From the NCBI GenBank assembly GCA_043745805.1, contig JAYTSD010000008.1:192001-256000 (forward strand): a stretch of 64,000 bases of DNA, read 5' to 3'. Below the pieces are notes generated by a model. It saw only the letters and a list, made by a program, of their open reading frames with translations, ran no database searches and was not told where the DNA came from. The number at the start of each line of letters is the position of its first letter. The first letter of the stretch is position 1. The translations under genes were made by a program, and so were the position numbers. This DNA is from Fibrobacteria bacterium. Its GTDB lineage: Bacteria; Fibrobacterota; Fibrobacteria; UBA11236. Shown here piece after piece: positions 20,936-31,059 of the stretch.

Positions 20936-21391
20936 GTGAGCACCACCCTCAATCAACCTGAAAATAGACGGCAAATCGGCACTCAAGGTGAAGAGCTTGC
21001 TTTGCAATACCTATTGAAAAAGGGTTATGTACTGAAGCAAAAAAATTATCGCGTTCCACGTGGCGAAATTGATTTGATAGTAGAAGATCCGCAAGGCGTA
21101 TTAATTTTTGTGGAGGTAAAGTCGGCGCAAGCAGATCAATTTGGTCCTCCTGCTTCAAGAGTTACGCGTGCAAAAATAAAGATTATCCAAAAGGTCGCTC
21201 AACGCTATGTCGCTGAAAATCATTACGAAAAAAGGGCTATGCGTTTTGATGTTATAAGCATCGACCTATCTTTAGCCCAGTCGATTGAGCGCACAAAAAC
21301 TTCCCAAACCGCCAACCCAAATAAAATTGAACATTTAGAAAATGCTTTTTTGCCCGATGGGAATGGGTATTATGCAGGTTACCTAGGTTAA
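20936..21391 (+). CDS. yraN: YraN/UPF0102 family PD-(D/E)xK protein
   Basis: GTQGEELA, GEIDLI, FVEVK and RFDV. Confidence 0.9.
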   Translation: MSTTLNQPENRRQIGTQGEELALQYLLKKGYVLKQKNYRVPRGEIDLIVEDPQGVLIFVEVKSAQADQFGPPASRVTRAKIKIIQKVAQRYVAENHYEKRAMRFDVISIDLSLAQSIERTKTSQTANPNKIEHLENAFLPDGNGYYAGYLG

Positions 21392-21399
21392 AAATTTTC

Positions 21400-22026
21400 A
21401 TGCGCATTGAATTACATTCCGAAACCCCACAATCGCGACATCTAAAAAACATTTTAGAAGTCTTTAAAAATGATGGCGTACTTATTTATCCGACCGATTC
21501 CGGATATTCCTTGGGCTGTAATGTGCATTCCAAAAAAGCGATTAATCGACTCTATCATATTAAGCGTTCGTTAAAAAAATATGTCATGGCTATTTTGGTT
21601 CCAGATTTTAGCATTATCAGTGAATTTGCACATGTCGATAATTTTGCTTTTCGCACCATGAAACTTTTGGCTCCAGGCCCTTATACTTTTATTTTACCCG
21701 CTACGGTTAAAGCCCGTCGCATACTGGATGTGAATCGCCCAGAGGTAGGCATACGTATGCCTAAATGCACATTTCTAAATGGAATGCATGCGCTTGATTC
21801 CTCACTTGTATTTTTAAATACAGCAGCCAAAATCAACACTGAAAATGAATATTGCGACCCAGATGATATTGAAAAAGTTTTTGGTCATTTGGTAGATATC
21901 ATCGCCGATATGGGAAATATTCCCTTAGCCCCCACAACAATTTTATCTTTGGTGGATGGTGGAATTGAAGTGATTCGCGAGGGCGCTGGCCCTTTGCCAG
22001 AACATAAGCATAAAAATAAATTTTAA
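21400..22026 (+). CDS. Sua5/YciO/YrdC family protein (YciO-like)
   Basis: YPTDSGYSLGC, PGPYTFIL, VGIRMP and IREGAG. Confidence 0.88.
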   Translation: MRIELHSETPQSRHLKNILEVFKNDGVLIYPTDSGYSLGCNVHSKKAINRLYHIKRSLKKYVMAILVPDFSIISEFAHVDNFAFRTMKLLAPGPYTFILPATVKARRILDVNRPEVGIRMPKCTFLNGMHALDSSLVFLNTAAKINTENEYCDPDDIEKVFGHLVDIIADMGNIPLAPTTILSLVDGGIEVIREGAGPLPEHKHKNKF

Positions 22027-22058
22027 AAAACATTAATGTTACCGTAACAGGAGAAGCT

Positions 22059-22529
22059 ATGGCTAAGCGCTATTGGTTAATGAAAACCGAACCCGATACC
22101 TTTTCGATTCAAGATTTACAAAAAAGACCTCAGCAAACCGAACCGTGGGATGGGGTACGAAATTATCAAGCGCGAAATTATATGCGTGATGACATGTCGG
22201 TAGGTGATGAAGTTTTATTTTATCATTCGAGTTGCACTCCAGCAGGTATTGTGGGCATAGCGATTATTGATAAAGCCGCGACTGACGATCCTGGTGCACT
22301 CAACCCAAAATCAAAATACTTTGATCCCAAAGCCACGCCCCAAAAAAATCCTTGGGTATTAGTGCATGTGCGATTCAAAAAGGAATTTAAGGTTATGGTC
22401 ACCTTAGAACAATTAAAAAGCGTTCCTGGATTAGAAGCCATGATAGTGATTAAACGCGGCATGCGTCTTTCCATTCAACCAGTTACTCCTGAGGAGTTCG
22501 CGATTATTCAAAAATTAGGAAAAAGCTAA
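22059..22529 (+). CDS. EVE domain protein (thymocyte nuclear protein-like)
   Basis: YWLMKTEP, WDGVRNYQARN, FYHS and RLSIQPV. Confidence 0.93.
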   Translation: MAKRYWLMKTEPDTFSIQDLQKRPQQTEPWDGVRNYQARNYMRDDMSVGDEVLFYHSSCTPAGIVGIAIIDKAATDDPGALNPKSKYFDPKATPQKNPWVLVHVRFKKEFKVMVTLEQLKSVPGLEAMIVIKRGMRLSIQPVTPEEFAIIQKLGKS

Positions 22530-22621
22530 GTTTTCTAAAATTAGGCAAAGGCCACTAATTTATGGGCAAAAACATTAATTCGTCCCTGCTAAAATAGCTT
22601 TGTCAGGCTTACCTTTTAAAT

Positions 22622-22939
22622 ATGCAAGATTTATACGCATTGCAAAAATTTAATCGGGATAAAGGGATAGACGCTGTTCAACCCATTAATACCGATATTT
22701 CTCAAGAAAACTTGGAGCGGGATGAGCAAATAGTGCAACGCCTGCAAAGTCGATTGCGTGAACGTAAAGACAAATTTCGTGAGGCCTTAAGACGCGGCTT
22801 AGCGGTTACCTCAGAAGAAATGCCCAATAACCCTGTCGATACCGATCATTATGAACCACAAAGATTAACGCGAAAAATTTGCTGGCAATATGACAAGGCC
22901 GCTAAAAAAGTGCCGTTATTTCGTCGTCATTATATCTAG
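22622..22939 (+). CDS. Hypothetical protein
   Basis: 105-aa ORF filling the gap, with natural charged/helical composition; overlaps the convergent gene by 24 bp. Confidence 0.5.
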   Translation: MQDLYALQKFNRDKGIDAVQPINTDISQENLERDEQIVQRLQSRLRERKDKFREALRRGLAVTSEEMPNNPVDTDHYEPQRLTRKICWQYDKAAKKVPLFRRHYI

Positions 22940-25045
22940 GTTCGTAACATTTTCTCCATTAAATACCCATAAGTCTGCGGGTAATTCTATCGGCCCAAAA
23001 CCTAAAGCCCCTTCCACACGGCCTGCAATAAAGACTACACGACCCATCGCACGATCGTATAAGCCAATTAAACGTTGATAAACTCGTTCACCTACATCCA
23101 GCAAAGATTCACTATCCGAAATATCGGGTAAATGTTCAAAAGCATAATCGCCTATGCTTAGGCTTAAATCCAATGCGAAAGGATGCGCTAAACTTTGAAA
23201 TTGATTTTTTAGGCTTAATAAATGAGCATGAATTGACCTAGTAATATCGGTTACTTGGCTTTGCCATGCCCTCACCAAGTCTTCGCCCGGAATAATTTGC
23301 GTAAATACAAAAAGCATTTGCAATTCATCGCGTAAAGTATGAACGTCTTGTAAATTATTACTTAACGTATGCAGGCAAGGTAAAAGTAGAGTTAATTCCT
23401 GCCCTAATTCGGTAGCATCTAATAAATGTTCATGTACCAAGGTACTAGGCAAACATTGTAAACTCAGGATTATGCGTTGATTAAATAACTTTTCGAATTC
23501 GGCTAAGGTTTGCCGGTTTATTTCCAATTCACTTAATCGCCCTGCATAAATAGCTTGTGCCTCTTCTAAATCTGGCTTCACCGGCCTTTGAAAAGCCCTT
23601 TTTGCAGCCGCAATTTGTTGCAAAGCCTGTCGCCGTTGTAATTCTAAACGATGAAACTTCTCGAATGCTAAAATCCATTCTCTAAAAAAACTTTGCATTT
23701 GTTCACGAATGCAACTTAATTTAAGAAGCGACTGATTCATTTCAAAATCGGTTTTCGAATTTTTTTGTGGCAAAAGTATGGGTAACAAATCCGTGTATAA
23801 ACCCAAAAAAAAGCCTTCTAAAGCGGCTTCACTTTCCCGAATAAGCGCATACTCTGCCATAATTTCTTCAGCGGGAAGAAAATTTCCGGATCCACTTTTT
23901 ACATTGAATTCATGACTATAATAGGCCTTCGTCAAATCTTCACATAAAGGCATAAATGCGACAAAAAAACTTTGTGCCATTCCACCCCATTGATATTTAC
24001 CCGCTTCATTCATTCCTTGAATATTGTTAATCCTATCGCCATCGGTGGGATGCATGTCATCTAAGGAGGACGATTTTTTAAAAAAATCTTGGCGAATTCG
24101 TCGACGCACTGAAGAAATAAATGGTCGACAATTCGAAAGGATTAGTGAGGGTAAATTTGCAGCCCATTTTCCTTCACTCAATGAATGTTGCAAGGACCGC
24201 AAAGCCAATGTCATAGCTTCATCCAATACCCGTAACTCTAAGATTACGCTTTCAAAAGCCTGTTTGCCTGCAATCTCAGCTTGATTTTTATCGGCATCAA
24301 ATTCCATTTGGCGATGTAAAAATCCACTGCATAAATTACACAAGCAAATCCAGCCTTGTAGAATTTTTCCTGCGCTCCATAAATGTATTTGGCAATACCC
24401 CAAAAATATCCGCGTAAATAGATTTGCCTTATGAGCGCGTTGCATCATCCATTGCTCCCACTCCGCTTTGGTATTCTTAGCTTGGCTTAAATTACGATAG
24501 ACCCAAGCAAAAAAATAACTAATACGCATACCCGACATTTGTTTATAGTGGCCCAGCTCATGCGCTATTACTCCGGCCAATTGTTGCGCATTTATTCCCG
24601 CTATCAGGGGTAACCCAATAGTTAACTCCACACGCCTTTGTAAAGCGCTAGTCAAAACGAGTCCAGCATTGATTTCCATATTTACATAAATTCGCGAAAC
24701 GCGAGGAACATGCATCAAATGACAAACTTGATCGACAAAACTAAAAAATCGTGGCTCATTTTCTCTCACTAATTCATATTGCCAAGTTATAGTTTTTGTT
24801 GCACTTAAAATCCGAATCCAGAAAAATAAAAGCAATAAGCTTTCTATTAATAACAACTCGTAGAGTGAATAAATTATCCATGATTGAAATTGACTTAAAT
24901 TTATGTGATTTAAAATCAAGGTAGTGAAGAGATACCCAATACTTATTAAGCACCCTATATAAAGTATTGGGAAAAGTATTAATCCAACAATACCAATCCC
25001 AAGTCCCAATATATATAATCCGTTACGATATGATTTTTTTTGCAA
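22916..25045 (-). CDS. M48 family membrane zinc metallopeptidase with long helical C-terminus
   Basis: N-terminal TMs, IAHELGH (HEXXH), MEFDAD and MHP..DRI. Confidence 0.85.
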   Translation of the reverse strand: MQKKSYRNGLYILGLGIGIVGLILFPILYIGCLISIGYLFTTLILNHINLSQFQSWIIYSLYELLLIESLLLLFFWIRILSATKTITWQYELVRENEPRFFSFVDQVCHLMHVPRVSRIYVNMEINAGLVLTSALQRRVELTIGLPLIAGINAQQLAGVIAHELGHYKQMSGMRISYFFAWVYRNLSQAKNTKAEWEQWMMQRAHKANLFTRIFLGYCQIHLWSAGKILQGWICLCNLCSGFLHRQMEFDADKNQAEIAGKQAFESVILELRVLDEAMTLALRSLQHSLSEGKWAANLPSLILSNCRPFISSVRRRIRQDFFKKSSSLDDMHPTDGDRINNIQGMNEAGKYQWGGMAQSFFVAFMPLCEDLTKAYYSHEFNVKSGSGNFLPAEEIMAEYALIRESEAALEGFFLGLYTDLLPILLPQKNSKTDFEMNQSLLKLSCIREQMQSFFREWILAFEKFHRLELQRRQALQQIAAAKRAFQRPVKPDLEEAQAIYAGRLSELEINRQTLAEFEKLFNQRIILSLQCLPSTLVHEHLLDATELGQELTLLLPCLHTLSNNLQDVHTLRDELQMLFVFTQIIPGEDLVRAWQSQVTDITRSIHAHLLSLKNQFQSLAHPFALDLSLSIGDYAFEHLPDISDSESLLDVGERVYQRLIGLYDRAMGRVVFIAGRVEGALGFGPIELPADLWVFNGENVTNLDIMTTK

Positions 25046-25451
25046 TTGGTTTCCTTAAACGAACTATTTAAGACTAAAGGCGGAAATTAATTTATTCCAG
25101 TTTTAAAGAAAAACCACAGCTTCATAGGATTATTAAAATGGAGCATTGCAACAATGTACATTGCTCTAAACTAAAATAAACCAAATGTTGTGAAAAATAA
25201 ATTCCAAGAATTAATCTTAAATCTTAGAAATCCTCAATAAAATGACGATTTATGGACTTTTTAACCGTAAATTCAATATTGTGTTTATAGCGCTGGTAAC
25301 GAAAGTGTTACGCTTTGATAAAATAGAATTCAAGCTCTAATAATCTAATTTTGAACAAAAAAATATTTATACAAAACTTGTTTCTCTAACTTTTCTCCCC
25401 TATACTCATAACACAAAACGCACCGCAGGCGAAAACGAAAAGTGAAAATTT

Positions 25452-25946
25452 ATGGGTTTAGCAAATAAAAACGAAAACATAAACCTGCTCCCAAAGGATA
25501 AGTCTAAGGAAGCCATTCTCCTAAAAATGCGTGAGAAATTAGCTGGTGTTTCACAATATGAAATGAAAACAGAATTGAAGCGTCAAAACCGTGTCTCCCG
25601 TCGAAATATTTACTGGGGATGGAAAGTAGCCATAGCTTTAACATTTTTAGTTGCCAACATTTTATTCTTCGGTCCCGAAATAGAGGCTATGCAATCTAAA
25701 GTAGTGCATAAACTACCGACGCTGGAATCTCCACAACCCACCTTAACAATTGATCAACAGGCTCTATACTGGGGCTATGCTTTATATGATTTTGAAGCCC
25801 TGAAAAAACAATTTCATGTTCCTAAAAATGTGGCGATTGATGGAAATATCGCAAAAAAAAATCTAGCTGAACTTTTACCAAAAACTGGAAAAGGAACTCG
25901 CTATGCTTTATCGGTTTATCTTCCTGAACTGAGGAAAACATTATGA
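25452..25946 (+). CDS. Hypothetical single-pass membrane protein, first gene of the pilin operon
   Basis: One TM (VAIALTFLVANILFF); ATGA overlap with the next gene. Confidence 0.65.
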   Translation: MGLANKNENINLLPKDKSKEAILLKMREKLAGVSQYEMKTELKRQNRVSRRNIYWGWKVAIALTFLVANILFFGPEIEAMQSKVVHKLPTLESPQPTLTIDQQALYWGYALYDFEALKKQFHVPKNVAIDGNIAKKNLAELLPKTGKGTRYALSVYLPELRKTL

Positions 25947-26326
25947 AAAATAAAAATTTAGGTTTTAGTTTAATAGAAATATTAGTGTCGATAACTGTAT
26001 TAGGTATTTTGGCTTCCTCCGTTACCTATTTCATAACCACCCAAAACAAATTTTCTGTATTTGGTAGCGACTCCGTTAAAGCCCTCAATTTGGGAAAATT
26101 AAAAATGGATAGCCTAAAGGTTTCGTCTTACGACAGTTTAAAATCTGGCGTTGACACAGTTGCAGATAGGTATATAAGAACGTGGGCCATTACTACACTT
26201 ACCAATGGTGGAGTTGCCACCGGGTTAAAACAAATTGATTTGAGTGTTTCCTTTCCCTTAACTGCGGAACACTTTTCATCCTTAGTATCCATGGTCAGTA
26301 ATGACAAATTCAAGGAGGATCCATAA
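25943..26326 (+). CDS. Type IV prepilin-like protein (PilV-like)
   Basis: Class III signal KNKNLG|FSLIEILV with E5. Confidence 0.88.
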   Translation: MKNKNLGFSLIEILVSITVLGILASSVTYFITTQNKFSVFGSDSVKALNLGKLKMDSLKVSSYDSLKSGVDTVADRYIRTWAITTLTNGGVATGLKQIDLSVSFPLTAEHFSSLVSMVSNDKFKEDP

Positions 26327-27087
26327 TGCGAAAGCTCAAATTTTTCCAAGTAAAAGGATTTAGTTTAGTAGAAATATTAATAGGTATGGTAGTCAGTAGC
26401 ATTGTTATGGGAAGCATTTATTCTCTATGGAAAAGAAGTGATACCGAAACGCGAAAATTGTCCGACAAAGCCGATTTACGCTCACGTATGACTTTAGTAG
26501 ATAAAATCATTCAAAAAACTATTACTAATGCAGGTTATGGCCTGTACAATGTAGTGGATATTTCTAAAGAAGATGCAATTGGATCCGACACTTTAACGGT
26601 TTATTCTAATTCGGCCGCAATCACTACATCCTTAGGAGTGACGCATGATAAGGATCATATTGTAATTACGGTAAGTAGCGCTAGTGGATTTACTGCCGGC
26701 GGATATATCGCTATTACTGATGGTACTAATAATGAAATTCGAAAAATATATCAAATTAATGATAAAGTTATCACTATCGCAACTAAAACATTAAATAATT
26801 ATGATAAAACCAATACCACTGCGTATCCAGTTACCAAGGAAAGATATTATAGCGATGAAACATTAAATAAAATGATACGGCAAACAAATGACGGTGACCC
26901 GCATTCGTTTGGGGATAAAATCAAAAATTTTCAATTGGCCTTTCTTGACAAAAATGGAGCGTCAACTAATATCTACACTAAAATTCGTTCCATAAATTTT
27001 TCGATCACTGGCATTTATCCTACTCCAAACGGAACCATTACCGCAGTGACCGTAACTTCTAATGCAATACCTAGAAATTTAATGTAA
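26326..27087 (+). CDS. Type IV prepilin-like protein (PilW-like)
   Basis: Class III signal VKG|FSLVEILI; I..AGYG motif typical of PilW. Confidence 0.88.
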   Translation: MRKLKFFQVKGFSLVEILIGMVVSSIVMGSIYSLWKRSDTETRKLSDKADLRSRMTLVDKIIQKTITNAGYGLYNVVDISKEDAIGSDTLTVYSNSAAITTSLGVTHDKDHIVITVSSASGFTAGGYIAITDGTNNEIRKIYQINDKVITIATKTLNNYDKTNTTAYPVTKERYYSDETLNKMIRQTNDGDPHSFGDKIKNFQLAFLDKNGASTNIYTKIRSINFSITGIYPTPNGTITAVTVTSNAIPRNLM

Positions 27088-27108
27088 AACAACCCAAGGA
27101 GCGCCATC

Positions 27109-27972
27109 ATGAAACCATTCAACCCTAATCCCGAACCAACCTCATACTCTGAGCAAAAAGGCGGGGGTCTACTCACCGTAGTAACTGCCGCTGCAGTTGT
27201 TTTTGCCTTAGTACAGGGATCCGTTTATTACAAAGCCAATGCGAGTGCAAAATTTGTATCAGGGGAAAAAAGTAAAGTCGTAGCCCTACAAGTAGCCGAA
27301 TCCGGCATTGAAACGAATATATCCGCTATTGGAAATAAATCTCTCAAGATAACCGCCAATATGAATAATTATCAAACTTATAGTGGCAAGGCCATAGGTA
27401 GTGGCAATTTTTCCTCCAGTTTAACCACAAAAAGCGTCTCACCTTCAGCAGACACCGTGGATATTACCTCTACCGGAACCATGAATAATAAATCACAAAC
27501 CATAAATGCCCGTTTAAAAATCAGAAAATATTTGGATACTGCAATTACCACGTCCCTGCTTACAGCATGGGACACTACATATACCTACTCCACGAAGACA
27601 GTAATGGATACAACTATTACAAATACTATAAAAGATCCTAATACCATGCCCGATCTGAATGTTACGCCAGCCTATATTGCCTGTTTTGCTTCCGCAGCAA
27701 AAAAATGCGATGTTTGTCATTTACCTGGAGGTGATGCTACTAAGTCCAATGTGATTAGTATTTCAAAATCAGCCATAAATACACATATTTCGCATCATGG
27801 GGATTATGTAACCACCGATGGAACTTGTGATATGTATAAGGCCGTGGTTACAAAAACAATAGCCAGCGTTAGTAAAACCGATACCACTAGAATTATAAAG
27901 CTAGATACGACTTTTGTTACAGCAAAAGTGATTGATACCGCTTATAAAACACAGGTATTATCTTGGAAATAA
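27109..27972 (+). CDS. PilX-like minor pilin with an inserted CxxCH/His-rich domain
   Basis: SEQKG|GGLLTV lacks E5; ALQVAESGIE, ITSTG and terminal LSWK are PilX hallmarks; CDVCH at 27706-27720. Confidence 0.8.
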   Translation: MKPFNPNPEPTSYSEQKGGGLLTVVTAAAVVFALVQGSVYYKANASAKFVSGEKSKVVALQVAESGIETNISAIGNKSLKITANMNNYQTYSGKAIGSGNFSSSLTTKSVSPSADTVDITSTGTMNNKSQTINARLKIRKYLDTAITTSLLTAWDTTYTYSTKTVMDTTITNTIKDPNTMPDLNVTPAYIACFASAAKKCDVCHLPGGDATKSNVISISKSAINTHISHHGDYVTTDGTCDMYKAVVTKTIASVSKTDTTRIIKLDTTFVTAKVIDTAYKTQVLSWK

Positions 27973-27998
27973 TGTTCGTGTATTTTGCTTAAACTTTT

Positions 27999-28025
27999 AA
28001 AGGGAGTCTTAGACTCCCTTTTTTT
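27999..28025. terminator. Intrinsic terminator, likely bidirectional
   Basis: AAAGGGAGTC-TTA-GACTCCCTTT perfect hairpin plus T tract, between convergent genes. Confidence 0.88.
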
Positions 28026-28070
28026 ATCTAAATAGTTTTATTCTGAAATTCACTAAAAACTGGAATTGAT

Positions 28071-28529
28071 TTAGAATGAATTTAATTGCCAAAAATAATT
28101 ACTCTCGGTTGTGTATACGTTTAAAATGTAAGACTTATTTTTAACAAATGTCTCAACCGGCCACGCATCGGCATTAAATAAAGCCTGTTGGCTTTCCATC
28201 AATCCAATAAGTCGATTAGCGCCATCCACATAACCCATACGATATGATCCAACAGGGATTCTAAATGTCTTCGACTTAGATTGCGAATATGCTACTGTAC
28301 CTACTAAAACTTCTAGTTTTGGATTATCTAATGAGCTTGAAGCTTTATTAAAAAACTTAAAAGTCAAAGGACCTGGATCAACATCTATCCTATTAAAAAT
28401 TTCAACGTTAACCGAGTCCTTAGCAATCGTAGTATCCGGTCCACTGCCCGTCACATCTGCCGCTTTGCAAGCAAATAAAATCAACGCCACAAAACCATAA
28501 GCCAAAAGTTTTGAAATCATTGTCTGCAT
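28071..28529 (-). CDS. Hypothetical lipoprotein
   Basis: Lipobox ILFAC; AAGGAG RBS before ATG at 28529. Confidence 0.72.
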   Translation of the reverse strand: MQTMISKLLAYGFVALILFACKAADVTGSGPDTTIAKDSVNVEIFNRIDVDPGPLTFKFFNKASSSLDNPKLEVLVGTVAYSQSKSKTFRIPVGSYRMGYVDGANRLIGLMESQQALFNADAWPVETFVKNKSYILNVYTTESNYFWQLNSF

Positions 28530-28583
28530 TTTAGCTCCTTTTAATTTATTCACAGTCATTAATATTTATAATAATTTGCATGA

Positions 28584-29726
28584 TTAAAGATAAATTCTTT
28601 CTACTCGAGATCCCAAAGAACAAATAATATCATAAGGATGAGTTTGTTTAATTTTAACCCAATCTTCAATAGTTAATTCTACTCGGCCCTGTTTCCCAAC
28701 AATAGTGGCAATATCCCCTACTCTGGCCTTAGGGCTAACGGTTAAATCCACGGTGATATAATCCATCGAAACTCGGCCAATAATGGGGCAAAGCTGGCCT
28801 CCTATTAAAATGCGTCCCGAATTACTCGCCGCTAAAGGAATGCCATCGGCATAACCCACAGGTAAAGTTCCTACCCAAGTATCCTTGAACAAAGTATGTG
28901 TACAGCCATAACCTATGGTATAACCTGCAGGTAACTTGCGCCGCGCAATGAGTCGAGTTTTCAAAGCCAAAGTTGGACGTAATTTATAAGCGCGACGACC
29001 TTGCAGATCGAATACTCCATAAAGATTAATACCCGTGCGCACCAAATTAAAATAGGCTCCGGGGAAATTATTAATGCCATCGGAATTCGCCATGTGAATT
29101 AATGGGAAGGTTAACCCATCGGTTTCCCATTGTTTGAGTAAGGTTTGAAAAATTTCCTGCTGCTCTAAACTTTTATGATGACTTGGATTATTTGCATTTG
29201 AGAAATGGGAATAAATACCCTCCAATTTTAACCCTGGCAATTTTGCAATTTTTTTAACCGACTCGTAGGCTTCAAAATACGGCAAACCCATGCGTCCCAT
29301 TCCCGTATCTATTTTTACATGCGCGGTCACCACTTTTTTTTGTCTCAGCGCTTCTTGTGATAAATGTTGCGCCAAGGAAATATCGGTTATAGGACAAATT
29401 ACACCTAATTTTACCGCTTCGGGGATTTCATCCGGCAATAAGCCACCTAAAATTTGTACAGGTTGGAACACAACTTGTCGAAGCTGCTTCGCTTCCTTTA
29501 ATTCGGCCACCCCAAAACGATCCACTTTCATAGTACTAAGGGCCTTGGCGATCGCTAATGCCCCCAAACCATAGGCATTGGCTTTCAATACGGCCATCAC
29601 TTTTGCTGGCTTCACGGTTATTTGGATTTGCGAAAAATTTTTCCCAATAGCCTCCAAATCCACCTCCAACCATACACGAGAGGGTGTGGCGAGTTTAGAA
29701 AGGTTTTTTGGCTTGCTAACTGCCAT
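28584..29726 (-). CDS. alr: Alanine racemase
   Basis: AVLKANAYGLG PLP lysine, KIDTGMGRMG, GYADG and GRVSMD; GGAGAG RBS before 29726. Confidence 0.96.
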   Translation of the reverse strand: MAVSKPKNLSKLATPSRVWLEVDLEAIGKNFSQIQITVKPAKVMAVLKANAYGLGALAIAKALSTMKVDRFGVAELKEAKQLRQVVFQPVQILGGLLPDEIPEAVKLGVICPITDISLAQHLSQEALRQKKVVTAHVKIDTGMGRMGLPYFEAYESVKKIAKLPGLKLEGIYSHFSNANNPSHHKSLEQQEIFQTLLKQWETDGLTFPLIHMANSDGINNFPGAYFNLVRTGINLYGVFDLQGRRAYKLRPTLALKTRLIARRKLPAGYTIGYGCTHTLFKDTWVGTLPVGYADGIPLAASNSGRILIGGQLCPIIGRVSMDYITVDLTVSPKARVGDIATIVGKQGRVELTIEDWVKIKQTHPYDIICSLGSRVERIYL

Positions 29727-29812
29727 AGTTTTTTTCTCTCCGCTAAAAAATGCCAATTATAATTCAAATTTAGAATTAAATTCATAAGGTCAAAATGATT
29801 CCGGGGACTAGC

Positions 29813-30991
29813 ATGAAAAGCTCATTGCCTTTTTTAATATCTGCTCTTTTATTGAGCAATGCCATGGCTCAAACCAAAATTGAGCATAAAAATGAAGACC
29901 TTTCTACCCAAAATTTTAGTGGTAAGGACTTAACCGATGCAAAATTCTTAAACTGCGTACTTGATAATACCAAGTTTAATCAAACTCTAGGCAACAAAGC
30001 TTCCTTCGAGGCTTCATCCGGCAAGGCCTTGACTTTTTCAACCGCACAACTTTATGAAACTAATTTTCGCAAAGTTAATTTTAACAGTGGCGATTTTCGT
30101 AATACAGATTTTCGAGGAAGTAATTTTTCTAAAGCCAATCTTGATGGTGCTAATTTTCAAAATGCGGTTTTGTTAGATGCTGTTTTTGAAGCCACCTCTA
30201 TTGTCAAAGGCAATTTCAAAGAAAGCAAGTTTAATGAAAAAGCCAATTTTGCAAAATCCAATTTAGAAGGCGTGCAATTCAAAAATAACAGTTTAGAACA
30301 AGCGGATTTTTCAAGTTCTAATTTAAAGGATGCGGTTTTTGCCTCGGTTAAATTTCAAGGGACGGACTTCAGCGATTGTAAAATGGAAAACGTAAACTTT
30401 GCCGAAAGCAATATGTCGAATGTTGAAATGCCAAAGTTAATTTTTGCCAAAGCGAATTTTGCCTCGGTTAATTTAATGGAAGCCAATTTAAAAAAATCTT
30501 CCTTCACGGATAGTCGATTTGAAAAGGCTGAGCTCGGATTCACCAACTTAAATGGTGCAAAATGCGAGCGCTGCAATTTCACCTATGCCTCTTTCTACAA
30601 AACCGATATTGAACATGCCGAGTTCACCAATTCCATTTTCAATGTGACCACATTTGATATGACTGAATTAGTACGGGTTAATTTCAGCGGCTCACAAATG
30701 TCTAAAGCAAAATTTTCAGTTGAAAAGATCAGTAATGTAAACTTCTCACATACCGATTTAAAAAATGCTGATTTTACCGGCGTAAAACTTTTTAACTGTG
30801 ATTTTTCCGATGCCGATTTAAGCAGTGCGCGTTTTGACAATGCCTTTATTACTGGATGTGATTTTAGCGGCGCCATATTAACCAGTGCTTATTGGGATGT
30901 AGATAATTTAAAGAAAAACTATTTCAGTACCAGCACACGCTTTCCACGAAACTATAGCCCCTTACCCAGCCAAATGCGGGTAAAGCAATAG
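29813..30991 (+). CDS. Secreted pentapeptide-repeat protein
   Basis: Signal peptide ending AMA|Q, followed by continuous A(D/N)(L/F)xx repeats over about 350 aa. Confidence 0.9.
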   Translation: MKSSLPFLISALLLSNAMAQTKIEHKNEDLSTQNFSGKDLTDAKFLNCVLDNTKFNQTLGNKASFEASSGKALTFSTAQLYETNFRKVNFNSGDFRNTDFRGSNFSKANLDGANFQNAVLLDAVFEATSIVKGNFKESKFNEKANFAKSNLEGVQFKNNSLEQADFSSSNLKDAVFASVKFQGTDFSDCKMENVNFAESNMSNVEMPKLIFAKANFASVNLMEANLKKSSFTDSRFEKAELGFTNLNGAKCERCNFTYASFYKTDIEHAEFTNSIFNVTTFDMTELVRVNFSGSQMSKAKFSVEKISNVNFSHTDLKNADFTGVKLFNCDFSDADLSSARFDNAFITGCDFSGAILTSAYWDVDNLKKNYFSTSTRFPRNYSPLPSQMRVKQ

Positions 30992-31059
30992 TCCACCCCT
31001 ATCGCTGATCAAGGCCCTTAAGCCCTTGTAAGCGTTTTTTTTATTGTTATAATCATTAA

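Noticed and set aside
20936-22529. YraN nuclease plus EVE domain as a modification-dependent defence system
   Set aside because: Both are widespread stand-alone housekeeping-type families, not fused, and separated by a yciO-like gene
29813-30991. Qnr-type quinolone resistance gene
   Set aside because: Has a signal peptide and is much longer than Qnr proteins
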